This document shows positions 1-10,873 of a stretch of 64,000 bases of DNA, in pieces. The position numbers were made by a program, and so were the translations under genes. Positions within the stretch are counted from its first letter, which is position 1; every line of letters begins with the position of its first letter. This DNA is from an uncultured delta proteobacterium (GTDB lineage: Bacteria > Myxococcota_A > Polyangia > Polyangiales > JAFGIB01), in NCBI GenBank assembly GCA_963778655.1, contig CAVZVA010000010.1:672001-736000 (forward strand). The letters run 5' to 3'. A model generated the notes under the pieces. That model was not told the origin of the DNA. It did not search any database and saw only the letters and a list, made by a program, of their open reading frames with translations.

Positions 1-178
1 CGAGGTCGCTGCAGCGCTCGCGGCCCGCTCTCCTTCGCCGCGCGTGCTGTACATGTCGGGTTACGCCGAGGGCTCGATCGCCCAGGCCGGCGTGCTCCAG
101 GCCGGCGCCCGCTTCCTGCACAAGCCGTACACCCTGCAGGCGCTGGCGGCCGCGGTGCGCAAGGCGCTCGACGAATAA
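1..178 (+). CDS. 3' end of a receiver (REC) domain protein, probably a hybrid sensor kinase/response regulator (partial)
   Basis: Frame from base 2 reads ...RVLYMSGYAEGSIAQAGVLQAGARFLHKPYTLQALAAAVRKALDE*, with the MSGY and FLxKP receiver motifs; TAA at 176-178. Confidence 0.85.
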   Translation, partial: EVAAALAARSPSPRVLYMSGYAEGSIAQAGVLQAGARFLHKPYTLQALAAAVRKALDE

Positions 179-189
179 CCGCGGGGCCA

Positions 190-350
190 GGACGGACGAG
201 CACGACTGCGCGGCCTCATGTTCGTGTCCGTGTTCGTCCGCGTGTTCGTAGTCGTGCCCGTGCTCGACCCGTGCTGTCCGGTCTGCTCCTCGGCGACAGG
301 TCCAAGGACGCGCACGACTGTGACTGTGGCCACGGCTATGACTACGCGCT
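190..350. repeat. Imperfect palindromic element built from GTCGTG/GTTCGT-like hexamers
   Basis: gtgtccgtgttcgtccgcgtgttcgtagtcgtgcccgtg flanked by complementary cacgac/gactac tracts, between convergent genes; shares tcgtccgcgt and gtagtcgtgcccg with 6045-6110. Confidence 0.55.
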
Positions 351-376
351 GCGGGAGGGGCGCGTCGTCCTTCCGG

Positions 377-1651
<1,275 letters not shown>

Positions 1652-1797
1652 CGACGCCTCCTGCTCGCCCCTCGCGCCCACGGTCGGGCCGTGGCTCCAC
1701 AGTACACCGGGCAGCTGCCCGCTGCTTGCAATCGACACGGCCGGTTGCCATTGTGTTTCCCCGCCTCGCCGGCACCCAGCGAGCCAAGGAGCATGTC

Positions 1798-2460
1798 ATG
1801 ACCGAACAAACTCAAGCGTCCGAGCAGAGACCCCGGCTGGAGCTCAACGGACCCGCTCCGGATTTCACCGCCAACACCACGCACGGCCCGCTCACCCTCT
1901 CCAAGTGGGCGGCGGGCAAGTGGGTCATCTTGTTCTCGCACCCGGCCGATTTTACGCCGGTGTGCACCACCGAGTTCATCGAGTTCGCCAAGCGCGCCGG
2001 CGACTTCGAGAAGAAGGGCGTCAAGCTGATCGGCAATTCGATCGACAGCGTGTACAGCCACATCGCCTGGACCCGAAATATCGAGCAGCACTTCGGCGTC
2101 GAGATCCCGTTCCCGGTGATCGCCGACCTCGACATGCGCGTGTCGCAGCTCTACGGCATGCTGCACCAAGCCAGCTCGGCGACGGCCACCGTGCGCTGCG
2201 TGTTCTTCATCGACCCGAAGATGACGCTGCGCGCGATGATCTACTACCCGCTCAACGTGGGCCGCAATTTCGACGAGGTCACGCGCGTGATCGACGCGCT
2301 GCAAACCGTCGACAAGAACGGCGTCGCCTGCCCCGCCAACTGGCGCCCGGGCGAAGACGTAATCGTGCCACCGCCGGTGACCTCCAGCGCCGCCAAGGAA
2401 CGGGTCGCCGACAAATCGCTCAAGGTCACCGACTGGTACTTCTCCAAGAAGAAGTTGTGA
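1798..2460 (+). CDS. Peroxiredoxin (Prx6/AhpC-TSA family)
   Basis: FSHPADFTPVCTTE active-site motif, GRNFDE, PANWRPG; AAGGAG RBS. Confidence 0.95.
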   Translation: MTEQTQASEQRPRLELNGPAPDFTANTTHGPLTLSKWAAGKWVILFSHPADFTPVCTTEFIEFAKRAGDFEKKGVKLIGNSIDSVYSHIAWTRNIEQHFGVEIPFPVIADLDMRVSQLYGMLHQASSATATVRCVFFIDPKMTLRAMIYYPLNVGRNFDEVTRVIDALQTVDKNGVACPANWRPGEDVIVPPPVTSSAAKERVADKSLKVTDWYFSKKKL

Positions 2461-2498
2461 GAGAGGCGAAAGCGCGGTCAGCGCCTCATTCTGAGATC

Positions 2499-2550
2499 AA
2501 CAGGAAGACAGAAAGGAGAACCCTCGCTCAGATCTTCTCGTCTTCCTGTT
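2499..2550. repeat. Palindromic element, ACAGGAAGAC family
   Basis: Perfect 11-bp inverted repeat aacaggaagac (2499-2509) / gtcttcctgtt (2540-2550) between convergent genes; related to 13064-13177 and 21505-21564. Confidence 0.65.
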
Positions 2551-2622
2551 TCCTGCCCCGGTACGCGGGCGTGTGCAGCGCCGCAAGCGACCGCACGAAT
2601 TGCAGGCGCGGGCTCATGGCGC

Positions 2623-3291
2623 TCAGAACATCTGGAGCAGCGCGTCCGGGTCGCTGAGGTCGGCCACCACGCGGCTGGCGCCGGCCGCGCGCAGCTCGTC
2701 CATCGAATGGCCTCCGGTAGCCACGGCCAGGCACGCGCAGCCGTTGGCACGGGCGCACTCCACGTCGCGCGGCGTGTCGCCGATCACGATCGCGTCCTCG
2801 GGCGGGATGCGGCGCGGCGAGCGCCCGAGCGCCAGCCGCACCAGCCCGGCGCGCGTGGGCGCCTCGTCGCCGAACGCGCCCAGCGCGAAGGCCTCGTGGC
2901 GCAACCCCACCGACTGCAGCTTGATCGGCGCCGCGCGGCGGTAGTTGCCGGTGACCAGCCCGATCACCACGTCGCTGCGCGCGGCGAGCAGCGACAGCAG
3001 CGCGCGCACCCCGGGCAGCGCCTGCGGCTTGCGCTCGGCCGCCGCCAGCTCCGCTTGTAGCTCCAGCAGGTAGCGCTCGCGAAACGCGTCGTGCAGACGC
3101 TCGGGATCCTCGAGCCCCATATTGCGCGCCGCGCCGGCGTAGATCAGCGGGTCGAGCCCGCCGCTGATCAGCACGCCCCGCAAGCTGAATGCCTCGCCGC
3201 AGACGGCCTTGCCCGCGCGCGTCATCGCGCGCGAGCCCGCGCCGTGCCCGATGAGCAACGTACCGTCGATGTCGAAAAGCAGGAGCTTCAC
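2623..3291 (-). CDS. HAD-superfamily hydrolase (phosphoglycolate phosphatase-like)
   Basis: FDIDGTL motif I, LVTGN motif II, IGDTPRD motif IV. Confidence 0.92.
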   Translation of the reverse strand: MKLLLFDIDGTLLIGHGAGSRAMTRAGKAVCGEAFSLRGVLISGGLDPLIYAGAARNMGLEDPERLHDAFRERYLLELQAELAAAERKPQALPGVRALLSLLAARSDVVIGLVTGNYRRAAPIKLQSVGLRHEAFALGAFGDEAPTRAGLVRLALGRSPRRIPPEDAIVIGDTPRDVECARANGCACLAVATGGHSMDELRAAGASRVVADLSDPDALLQMF

Positions 3292-3396
3292 GCGCGGGCC
3301 GGGCCTCGTCGGTGTGCGCGGCGCATCGTAGCACGCGAGCCGGCATGGGCTGGCGCAACCGGCGGGCCTGCGGGCGCGCGCTAAACTTAGACTAGA

Positions 3397-4041
3397 CTAG
3401 CTCTGGCCCAGCAGGGCGTCGTGCAAGCGGCGCGCGGCGGCGCGCGGATCATCCGCGCCGCATAACGCGGAGATCGCCGCCCCCATGGCCGCGCCGCTGG
3501 CTGCGATCTCGGCGGCGTTATCCGGGCCGATGCCGCCGATCGCGACCACGGGCAAGGCAATCTCGGCGCACGCCGCGCGCAGCCCCGCCAGGCCCACCAC
3601 CGGGTCGGGGTCGCGCTTGCTGCGCGTGGCGAACACCGGGCCGAAGCCGATCAGGTCCGCGCCGGCCTCGCCTGCGGCGCGGGCCTGCGCGAGGTCGTGG
3701 GTGGACAGGCCGATCGCGACCTCGGCGCCGAGCTGGGCGCGAGCCTGCGGCAGCGGGGTATCGCCCTGGCCGAGGTGCAGCCCGTCGGCGCCCACACGCA
3801 GCGCCAGCTCGACGTAATCGTTGATCACGAAGGCGGTCCCAGCCTGCCGGCACAGCGCGCGAAGCTGCAGCGCCAGGCTTTCCCGCACCCGCGCGTCGCC
3901 GCGCTTGTCTCTGAGCTGCAGCACGGCGCAACCGCCTTCGAGGATGGCCCCGGCGACCGCCAGCGCATCGCGACCGCGGCAAGCCGCCGGATCCACGATG
4001 GCGTAGAGCCCGCGCCAGGCGCGCATCGCCGTGCTGCCCAC
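3397..4041 (-). CDS. thiE: Thiamine-phosphate synthase
   Basis: GLYAI, QLRDK, IND, GLHLGQGD, GLSTH, GPVFATRSK and VAIGGI motifs. Confidence 0.95.
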   Translation of the reverse strand: MGSTAMRAWRGLYAIVDPAACRGRDALAVAGAILEGGCAVLQLRDKRGDARVRESLALQLRALCRQAGTAFVINDYVELALRVGADGLHLGQGDTPLPQARAQLGAEVAIGLSTHDLAQARAAGEAGADLIGFGPVFATRSKRDPDPVVGLAGLRAACAEIALPVVAIGGIGPDNAAEIAASGAAMGAAISALCGADDPRAAARRLHDALLGQS

Positions 4042-4068
4042 GCCCGAGCTGTACTACGCTCGGCCGCC

Positions 4069-6036
4069 ATGTCGAGCGGAGCCCGCACGGACGCCCCGCC
4101 TGCACGCCTGGCCCGCGCGGGCGTGGCAGCTGCAATGCTGGGCTTCGCGCTGCTCACCGCCTGGCTCGCGCTAGCGCGCTATGGCGCGGTGCACAACCGC
4201 ACCTTCGACCTCGCGCTGTACGCGCGCACGGCCTGGGGCCTCGTGCACATGGAGGCGTGGGACCCGATCGTGGGCGGCAACTTCCTGGGCGGGCACGTGC
4301 CGCTGGTCTTGCTGCCGCTGGGCGCGCTCGGCGCACTGCTGGGCACGGTGCCGGTACTGCTCGTCTGTCAGAGCGTCGCGGTCGCGCTGGTGGCCGTACC
4401 GATCGCGCGCTTCGGGGCGCGGCGGCTGGGCGCCACGGGCGGGCTGGTGGGTGCGCTCGCGTGGCTGCTCTACCCGAACCTCGGCCACGCCACCACTTAC
4501 GAGTTTCACCCCGGCATGCTGGGGCTGCTGCCGATGGCGCTCGCGCTCGACGCGCTCGACCGCCGCGAGCCACGCGCGCTGCTCGGCCTGTGCGCGGCCA
4601 CGGTCGCGTGCCGAGCCAGCCTCGCGTTGCAGACGCTGATGATCGGACTGCTCGCGTTGCTCGGCGGGCCCGAGTTGCGGCAGAGCGGCAAGCGCATCGC
4701 GCTCGGCTCGCTGGCGTATTTCCTACTCTGGCAGGCGGTGCTGGTGCCGCTGTTCGGCGAGGCCGCGCTGCGCTCGGCCGATCTGCACTTTGGCAAGTGG
4801 GGCGGCAGCCCGCTGGGCGTGCTGGGCGTGCTGGTGCGCCACCCGGGCGTGGTGCTGGCGCACTTCAGCGCGCCCGAGCGCCTGAGCTATCCGCTGCGCC
4901 TGCTGGCGCCGCTGTGCCTGCTGCCACTACTACGGCCGCGCTGGCTGCTGGTGGCGCTACCGCCGGTCGCGCTCAACCTGCTGAGCCAGTTCCCGACCGC
5001 GACCACGCTCGCCGAGCACTACTCGAGCTTCGCCGTGCCGCCGCTGCTGATGGGGGCGCTCGACGGGCTGCACGCGCTGCTCGCGCTACCTCGGTTCGCC
5101 AGGGAGGGCACGCGCCCTCTCGGTGCCGCCGGCAACGCCGTCGGAGCCGAGAGCCCTGAGCGATCCCACGGATTACCCGGGCCCGACCGCGGGATTCGCT
5201 CCGCCCACGACACTGCCCGCTTCAGGGCCTCGGCGTGGCGCGCGCTCGGGTTGGCCGCGCTGCTCGGCGCCGCAGTCAGCGCGAGCGTGCTCGGCGGCGG
5301 GCTGCCCTGGTCGCGCGACTTCCAGCCGGCCGAGTTTCGCCCCGATGCCTACACCCGCAGCGCGCGCAAGGTGCTCGCGCTGGTGGGCGCGGCCTCGGTG
5401 CAGGCCCCCGATCCGCTGCTGCCGCACCTGGCGGAGCGCAGGCTGGTGTGCCGCGTGCCGCCACCCGAGCGCGAGGCGGACTTCGTGGTGTTCGACATCG
5501 GCTATCGCCGCCGCTTCCTGCACAACGAGGATCTGCTGCGCACCACCGAAGAGCCGCTGCTACGCCGCTGGCTCGCGCGCGACGACCACGGCGTCGCGTT
5601 CGCCGACGATCAGCTCGTGGTGCTGCGCCGCGGCCAGCGCCCGCGCTCGGGTCTGGTCAACCGGTACTTCGTCGGCTATGCGCCGCCCGACTCGGGCGTG
5701 AGGTTGACCGACTGTCTGGCGGTGCGCGGCGCCGAGCTGCACGGCGATCTGCTCTCGCTCGAGCTGATCGCGCGCAAGCCGTGCCCGGGCGATCTCGCGA
5801 TTCACCTGGGCGCCGACCACAAGCCCAAGCGCACCGACCTGCTGTTCGACGGCGTGCTCTCGCCCGCACACCTGGCGCGCGGCGACCTGCTGCGCTCGCA
5901 GCACCGACTGAGCGACGCCGAGCGCCGCGCGATCGTGCGGCGCGGCCTCAACGTCGGCGCCCTGCGCTCGAGCGGCGCCCGCCCGCATCCCTACGATCCG
6001 ATCAGCGTCGAGGTCCCCCTGCACCTGGTCCGCTAA
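4069..6036 (+). CDS. DUF2079-family membrane protein (GT-C-like) carrying an in-frame repeat insertion
   Basis: FDLALY, FLGGH, YEFHP and HYS motifs with many TM helices; hydrophilic insert of about 45 aa at ~5090-5230. Confidence 0.75.
   Translation: MSSGARTDAPPARLARAGVAAAMLGFALLTAWLALARYGAVHNRTFDLALYARTAWGLVHMEAWDPIVGGNFLGGHVPLVLLPLGALGALLGTVPVLLVCQSVAVALVAVPIARFGARRLGATGGLVGALAWLLYPNLGHATTYEFHPGMLGLLPMALALDALDRREPRALLGLCAATVACRASLALQTLMIGLLALLGGPELRQSGKRIALGSLAYFLLWQAVLVPLFGEAALRSADLHFGKWGGSPLGVLGVLVRHPGVVLAHFSAPERLSYPLRLLAPLCLLPLLRPRWLLVALPPVALNLLSQFPTATTLAEHYSSFAVPPLLMGALDGLHALLALPRFAREGTRPLGAAGNAVGAESPERSHGLPGPDRGIRSAHDTARFRASAWRALGLAALLGAAVSASVLGGGLPWSRDFQPAEFRPDAYTRSARKVLALVGAASVQAPDPLLPHLAERRLVCRVPPPEREADFVVFDIGYRRRFLHNEDLLRTTEEPLLRRWLARDDHGVAFADDQLVVLRRGQRPRSGLVNRYFVGYAPPDSGVRLTDCLAVRGAELHGDLLSLELIARKPCPGDLAIHLGADHKPKRTDLLFDGVLSPAHLARGDLLRSQHRLSDAERRAIVRRGLNVGALRSSGARPHPYDPISVEVPLHLVR
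5101..5230 (+). repeat. Multi-hairpin repeat element (ACGC-loop family), copy inside a CDS
   Basis: gggagggc-ACGC-gccctctc, ccgccggc-aac-gccgtcgg, and tail ccgcgggattcgctccgcccacgac matching the 17100-17124 and 50668 copies. Confidence 0.75.
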
Positions 6037-6044
6037 CCCAACCC

Positions 6045-6110
6045 GTCCTGGTCCCAACTCATGGTCCCAAGTCGTGGTCGTAGTCGTCCGCGTAGTCGTG
6101 CCCGACTCTC
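6045..6110. repeat. GTCGTG/GTCGTA hexamer-rich element
   Basis: gtcgtggtcgtagtcgtccgcgtagtcgtgcccg, resembles 235-260. Confidence 0.5.
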
Positions 6111-6222
6111 CTCCTCCCGCTGCCTGCACCCGCGCCAGCCTCTTTATGGCCCCGGCGTTTTTCGTTATGGTGCCTTCCGCGCCGAGGGGCGGCGCCACGT
6201 CTTCCGCACGGAGCCGACCCGC

Positions 6223-8367
6223 ATGCGCCACGCCACCACCCTGTTCGCGCTGCTGTCCTCGTTCGCGCTCGCCGCGTGTACCCACCCCCAACCCGCCGCG
6301 ACCACGACCCCTCAAGCGGCCGCGCCGCCGCGCGGGCCCGCAGAGGTCGACGCCGCGCGGCTGGTCGCGGCCGACAGCGACCGTGACAACTGGATGACCC
6401 ACGGCCGCACCTACGACGAGCAACGCTTCTCGCCGCTGCAACAGATCGACAAGTCCAACGTGCGCACGCTCGGGCTCGCCTGGTCACTCGACCTCGACAC
6501 CGACCGCGGCCAGGAGGCCACCCCGCTCGTGATCGACGGCGTGATGTACTCGACCAGCGCCTGGAGCAAGGTGCAGGCGATCGACGCGCAGAGCGGCAAG
6601 CTGCTGTGGCAATACGATCCCAAGGTGCCGGGCGAGACCGGGATCAAGGCCTGCTGCGACGTGGTCAACCGCGGCGTGGCCGCGTGGAAGGGGCGCCTCT
6701 ACCTCGGCACCCTCGACGGCCGCCTGGTCGCGCTCGACGCCCGGACCGGCAAGGAGGTCTGGTCTGTCGTCACCGTGGATCAGACCAAGAAGTACACCAT
6801 CACGGGCGCGCCGCGCATCGTGAAGGGCAAGGTACTGATCGGCAACGGCGGTGCCGAGTTCATGGTGCGCGGCTACATCTCGGCCTACGACGCCGACACC
6901 GGCAAGCTCGCGTGGCGCTTCTACACCGTGCCCGGCGATCCCAGTAAGCCGTTCGAGCAGCCCGTGCTCGAGCAGGCCGCGCAGACCTGGAAGGGAGAAT
7001 GGTGGAAGGTCGGCGGCGGCGGCACGGTCTGGGATTCGATGGCCTACGATCCCGCGCTCGACCTGCTCTACATCGGCGTCGGCAATGGCTCGCCCTGGAA
7101 CCAGCGCGTACGCAGCCCGGGCGGCGGCGACAACCTGTTTCTGTCTTCGATCGTCGCGCTGCGCCCGGACACCGGCGAGTACGTCTGGCACTACCAGACC
7201 ACGCCCGGCGAGTCGTGGGACTACACCGCGACCCAGCACATCATCCTGGCCGACCTGGTCATCGACGGGCAGCCGCGCAAGGTGCTGATGCAGGCACCCA
7301 AGAACGGCTTCTTCTACGTGCTCGACCGCGCTACCGGCAAGCTGATCTCGGCCAAGCCGTTCAGCACCGTCAACTGGGCCAGCGGGGTAGACCCGGCCAG
7401 TGGGCGGCCGATCATGAACCCGGACGCGCTGTACGGCCAGACCGGCAAGCCGTGGTTTGCGATGCCGGGACCGCTCGGCGCGCACAACTGGCAGCCGATG
7501 TCGTACAGCCAGCAGACGCACTGGGTCTACATCCCGGCCCAGGACATCCCGTTCGCGTACGCGGACGACAAGAACTTCGCCCCCAACCCGATGACCTTCA
7601 ACCTGGCGATCGACATCAGCGCCGCGGCCTTGCCCCAAGAACCCAAGGCCAAGGCGCAGGTGCTGGCGAGCGTGCGCGGCTATCTCAAGGCCTGGGACCC
7701 GGCCACCAACAAGGAAGTCTGGCGCGTGGAGCAACCCGGCGCGTGGAACGGCGGTGTGCTCTCGACCGCCGGCGGGCTGGTGTTCCAGGGCAACGCGGCC
7801 GGCTTCTTCAACGCCTACGCCGCTGACACCGGCGCGGCGCTGTGGTCGTTTGCGGCGCAGACCGGCATCATCGCGGCGCCGATCTCGTATTCCGTCGGCG
7901 GCCAGCAGTACGTGGCTGTGGTAGCCGGCTGGGGTGGCGCCTATCCGCTCACCGCCGGAGAGATCGCGCACAAGGGCTCGCTGCCGCAGAACCACAGCCG
8001 CGTGCTGGCGTTCCGCCTCGGTGGCAGCGCGCAGCTGCCGCCGCTGCCGCCGCTGCCGCCGCCGCCCAAGCCGCCCGCGCGCTTCGGCGATCCCGCGCAG
8101 GCGCCGATGGGCAAGCTGCTGTACGCCGGCTACTGCAGCGTGTGTCACGGCGAGGCCGCGGTGGCCGCAGGCGTGCTTCCCGACCTGCGCTGGTCGCCCG
8201 TGCTCCCCAAGCCCGACGCGTGGAAGCGCGTGGTGCTCGAAGGCTCGCGCGCCAAGAACGGCATGGTGAGCTTCGCGCAGGTGCTCACCCCCGAGCTCGC
8301 CGAGCTAATCCGCGCCTACGTGGTGGGCCGCGCCAACGACACCTACGCGCAGCCGCCCGCGCCCTGA
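6223..8367 (+). CDS. PQQ-dependent quinohemoprotein alcohol dehydrogenase (type II) with C-terminal cytochrome c, lipoprotein
   Basis: ALAAC lipobox, RFSPL, EATP, ACCDVVNRG vicinal cysteines, WDYTATQ, C-terminal CSVCH heme motif and PDLR. Confidence 0.93.
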   Translation: MRHATTLFALLSSFALAACTHPQPAATTTPQAAAPPRGPAEVDAARLVAADSDRDNWMTHGRTYDEQRFSPLQQIDKSNVRTLGLAWSLDLDTDRGQEATPLVIDGVMYSTSAWSKVQAIDAQSGKLLWQYDPKVPGETGIKACCDVVNRGVAAWKGRLYLGTLDGRLVALDARTGKEVWSVVTVDQTKKYTITGAPRIVKGKVLIGNGGAEFMVRGYISAYDADTGKLAWRFYTVPGDPSKPFEQPVLEQAAQTWKGEWWKVGGGGTVWDSMAYDPALDLLYIGVGNGSPWNQRVRSPGGGDNLFLSSIVALRPDTGEYVWHYQTTPGESWDYTATQHIILADLVIDGQPRKVLMQAPKNGFFYVLDRATGKLISAKPFSTVNWASGVDPASGRPIMNPDALYGQTGKPWFAMPGPLGAHNWQPMSYSQQTHWVYIPAQDIPFAYADDKNFAPNPMTFNLAIDISAAALPQEPKAKAQVLASVRGYLKAWDPATNKEVWRVEQPGAWNGGVLSTAGGLVFQGNAAGFFNAYAADTGAALWSFAAQTGIIAAPISYSVGGQQYVAVVAGWGGAYPLTAGEIAHKGSLPQNHSRVLAFRLGGSAQLPPLPPLPPPPKPPARFGDPAQAPMGKLLYAGYCSVCHGEAAVAAGVLPDLRWSPVLPKPDAWKRVVLEGSRAKNGMVSFAQVLTPELAELIRAYVVGRANDTYAQPPAP

Positions 8368-8858
8368 GCGCAGGTCCGGCGGCGTGTGTCGAAAATCAGC
8401 CGCATAGGCGACGACATACGAGACCAAGGCGTGGTGCGAGAGGTGGTTGGGGGTGCGTGCCGTAGCGCTCGAGCCGGCGTTCGCTGTCATGCTGCTGGCC
8501 GCGTGCTCCGGCGCGGACCGCCCGGGCGGGGCCGAGCGCCTTTGCGGCGGGGCTGCTGGTGCACGACCGACCCTGAGGTGCGGCGGCGTCCCACAGCGCC
8601 CGCCCCCGCCGCGCAGCCCGTCTCGTGCAATCCGGATCGGCCGCCCCGCGCGCCCGCGCGCGTCGCCGGAATAGGCCCCGGCGTGCAGCGGTTGGTTAGT
8701 GAGACGAGAGGAAGCGCCGCGCCGGGTCACCGCAGCTTGCAGGCGCGGTGATGAGCCGCGGTCTCGCGCCAGATTTCAGCATCACAGGGTTTGGGCGGCG
8801 GCGGAAGCACGCGCGGTGCGTTCTCGAGCTGTCGCTCGCAGCGAGGAGAAGTGAATCC

Positions 8859-9077
8859 ATGCGATGGCTTAGCAAGCTCAGCGTCACGTCGATGATCGCA
8901 GCCGCCCTGGCGATGCCGGCGCTCGCCCATGCCGAGGCCGCGCACAAGAAGCCGCCTGCCGCGCACAAGCCCGCGATGAGCGCCGGGGCCAAGGCGCACA
9001 GGCCCGCTGCCAAGACGGGCAAGATGGGCAAAATGGCGAAGCCCAAGCCGCGCGCCAAGGCCGGCAAGAAGCCCTGA
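8859..9077 (+). CDS. Small secreted Lys/Ala/Pro-rich basic protein
   Basis: GAGGAG RBS, signal peptide ending AHA, highly basic mature part, GC3-rich codons. Confidence 0.7.
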   Translation: MRWLSKLSVTSMIAAALAMPALAHAEAAHKKPPAAHKPAMSAGAKAHRPAAKTGKMGKMAKPKPRAKAGKKP

Positions 9078-9186
9078 CGCACGGCCCGCCATGGGCACAT
9101 GATGGCTGGGGCTCGGCGGCTGCGGGCCCGGCGCGGTGTCCTCCGCGTGCCGGCCTGCCGCCGCCGAGCCTCGTAAGCCGCGCGCG

Positions 9187-10553
9187 CTATTCCGCGGCCG
9201 CGCGCAGCGGTGGCTCGCGCCGCCGCACGCGCATCGGCACGCTGCCCTCCGGCCGCAGCGTGACCACCGGCGCTAGGCGCAGCTCGAAGCCGGGCTCGGC
9301 CTGCAGCTCGACCTGCTGTGCGATCACCGCGAGCAGCAGTTGCGCTTCCATCATCGCGAAGTGGTTGCCGATGCACACGCGCGGCCCGCCCCGAACGGAA
9401 AGTAGGCGAAACGCGGCAAGCTCTTGGCGCTCGGCTCGAGCCAGCGCTCGGGCTTGAAGCGGATCGGCTCGGGGAAGTAGCGCGCATCGCGTTGCATCAC
9501 GTACGGGCTCATCATCACCTGGTCGCCCGCCGGCAGGGTGTAGCCACCCAGCTCGAACGAGCTCACGATCTCACGGCCGAGCAGGTAGGCCGGCGGATAC
9601 AGCCGCAGGCTCTCCTTCACCACCGCCTCGAGGAAAGGCAGCTCGGCGAGGTCATCGACGCCGGGCGTGCGCCCGCCGAGCCGCTGGTCGAGCTCGTCGT
9701 GCAGGCGCGCGACCGCGGCCGGATGGCGCGCCAGCAAGTACAGCGCGTAGGTGAGCGTGAGCGCGGTGGTCTCGTGGCCCGCGAGCAGCATGGTCACCGC
9801 CTCGTCGCGGAGCTGCACGTCGGTCATCGCCTCGCCCTGCTCGTCGCGCGCTTGTACCAGGCGCGCCAGCAGGTGGTCGGCTTGCGAGTCCTGCGCGCGG
9901 CAGCGCGCGATGATGTGATACACGATCGCGTCGAGCTCGCGTACCCCCTTGCGAAAGCGGTAGCGGTCGGGCGTCAGCACCCACTTCGGCAGCACGCCCT
10001 GCGGCGAGTTCATCTGCTTGTCCATGTAGACCATCGCCGCGTCGACGATGCGCGAGATGCGTTCGGCCTCGCCGCGCGCGTCGAAGCCGAGCAGTGTCTT
10101 GCCCACGATCTCGAGCGTCAGGCGCATCATGTCGACGTGCACGTCGCGCAGCTCGCCCTCTCGTAAGGCCGCTGCCTCGCGCTCGGCGCACTCGACCATG
10201 GTCCGGGCATAGGACGCGATGCGCTTGGGCTGCAGCGGCGGCGCGGCCAGCTTGCGCTGGCGCCGCCACAGCTCGCCCTCGCTGGTCAGCAGGCCGTGGC
10301 CGACCAACGGGATCAGCTCGCGGGTGCCGAGATCCTTGATGCAATCGCGGTGCCGGCCGATCAGCACCTCCTCGATCAACTCCGGTTCGTTGATCATGTA
10401 GATGTTGGCCAGGCCCACGCGCGCGAACGACACCGGGCCGTGGCGGCGGCCGAGCCCGAGCACGAAACCCAGGATGTCGCGCGCCAGGTCGCGGGCCGAG
10501 CCGATCAGGGGGAGGCCGCGCGGGCCCGGGGGTCTCGAAATCGTTTGCGGCAT
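9187..10553 (-). pseudogene. Cytochrome P450 with a 1-nt frameshift in the heme-binding loop (pseudogene or sequencing error)
   Basis: PPGP, AGHETT, ESLR and PERW in one frame; FPFG...CIG split between frames at the C4 run 9389-9392; downstream frame continues GGPRVCIGNHFAMMEA. Confidence 0.85.
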
Positions 10554-10694
10554 GTCCCTTTCACATAGCGGCTGCCCGCTGGGGGAGCAAATCTGCACGC
10601 CCGCCCCGCAGCCGGCCGTCCCGGGGGGCGTGGGAAGGGGCGCTCGGGGCGCGGGACTTGACGTGCGGGCAGCGCTCTGGCACACGCCTGGCCC

Positions 10695-10829
10695 ATGGGC
10701 GTACCTCAAGACTCCAAAGCGCGTCGCGTTCAGAAGAAGAAGCGCACCAAGAAGCTCGCACAGTGGCGTGCCAAGCAGCAGGCCGAGGCCGCCAGCACCA
10801 CCACCACCCCGGCCAAGAAACGCGCCTGA
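10695..10829 (+). CDS. 44-aa basic small protein absent from the ORF track
   Basis: MGVPQDSKARRVQKKKRTKKLAQWRAKQQAEAASTTTTPAKKRA*; AAG/CAG/ACC codon bias; TTGACG-N17-CACACG just upstream. Confidence 0.65.
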   Translation: MGVPQDSKARRVQKKKRTKKLAQWRAKQQAEAASTTTTPAKKRA

Positions 10830-10873
10830 GCAGCGCGCGCGGCCCGCTGCCGCGCGTTCGCCGTTCGGTCCCC

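Noticed and set aside
6223..8367. Lanthanide-dependent dehydrogenase
   Set aside because: The active site reads WDYT rather than the D-x-D of XoxF/ExaF/PedH, consistent with Ca2+ dependence.
8447..8674. Possible small lipoprotein (LLAAC) or ncRNA
   Set aside because: Poor codon bias, no clear RBS and no recognisable RNA motif; at most a gene remnant.
10590..10657. G/C-run tract as another ACGC-loop copy
   Set aside because: Lacks the ACGC-loop stem and the TCGCT tail; the similarity is only compositional.
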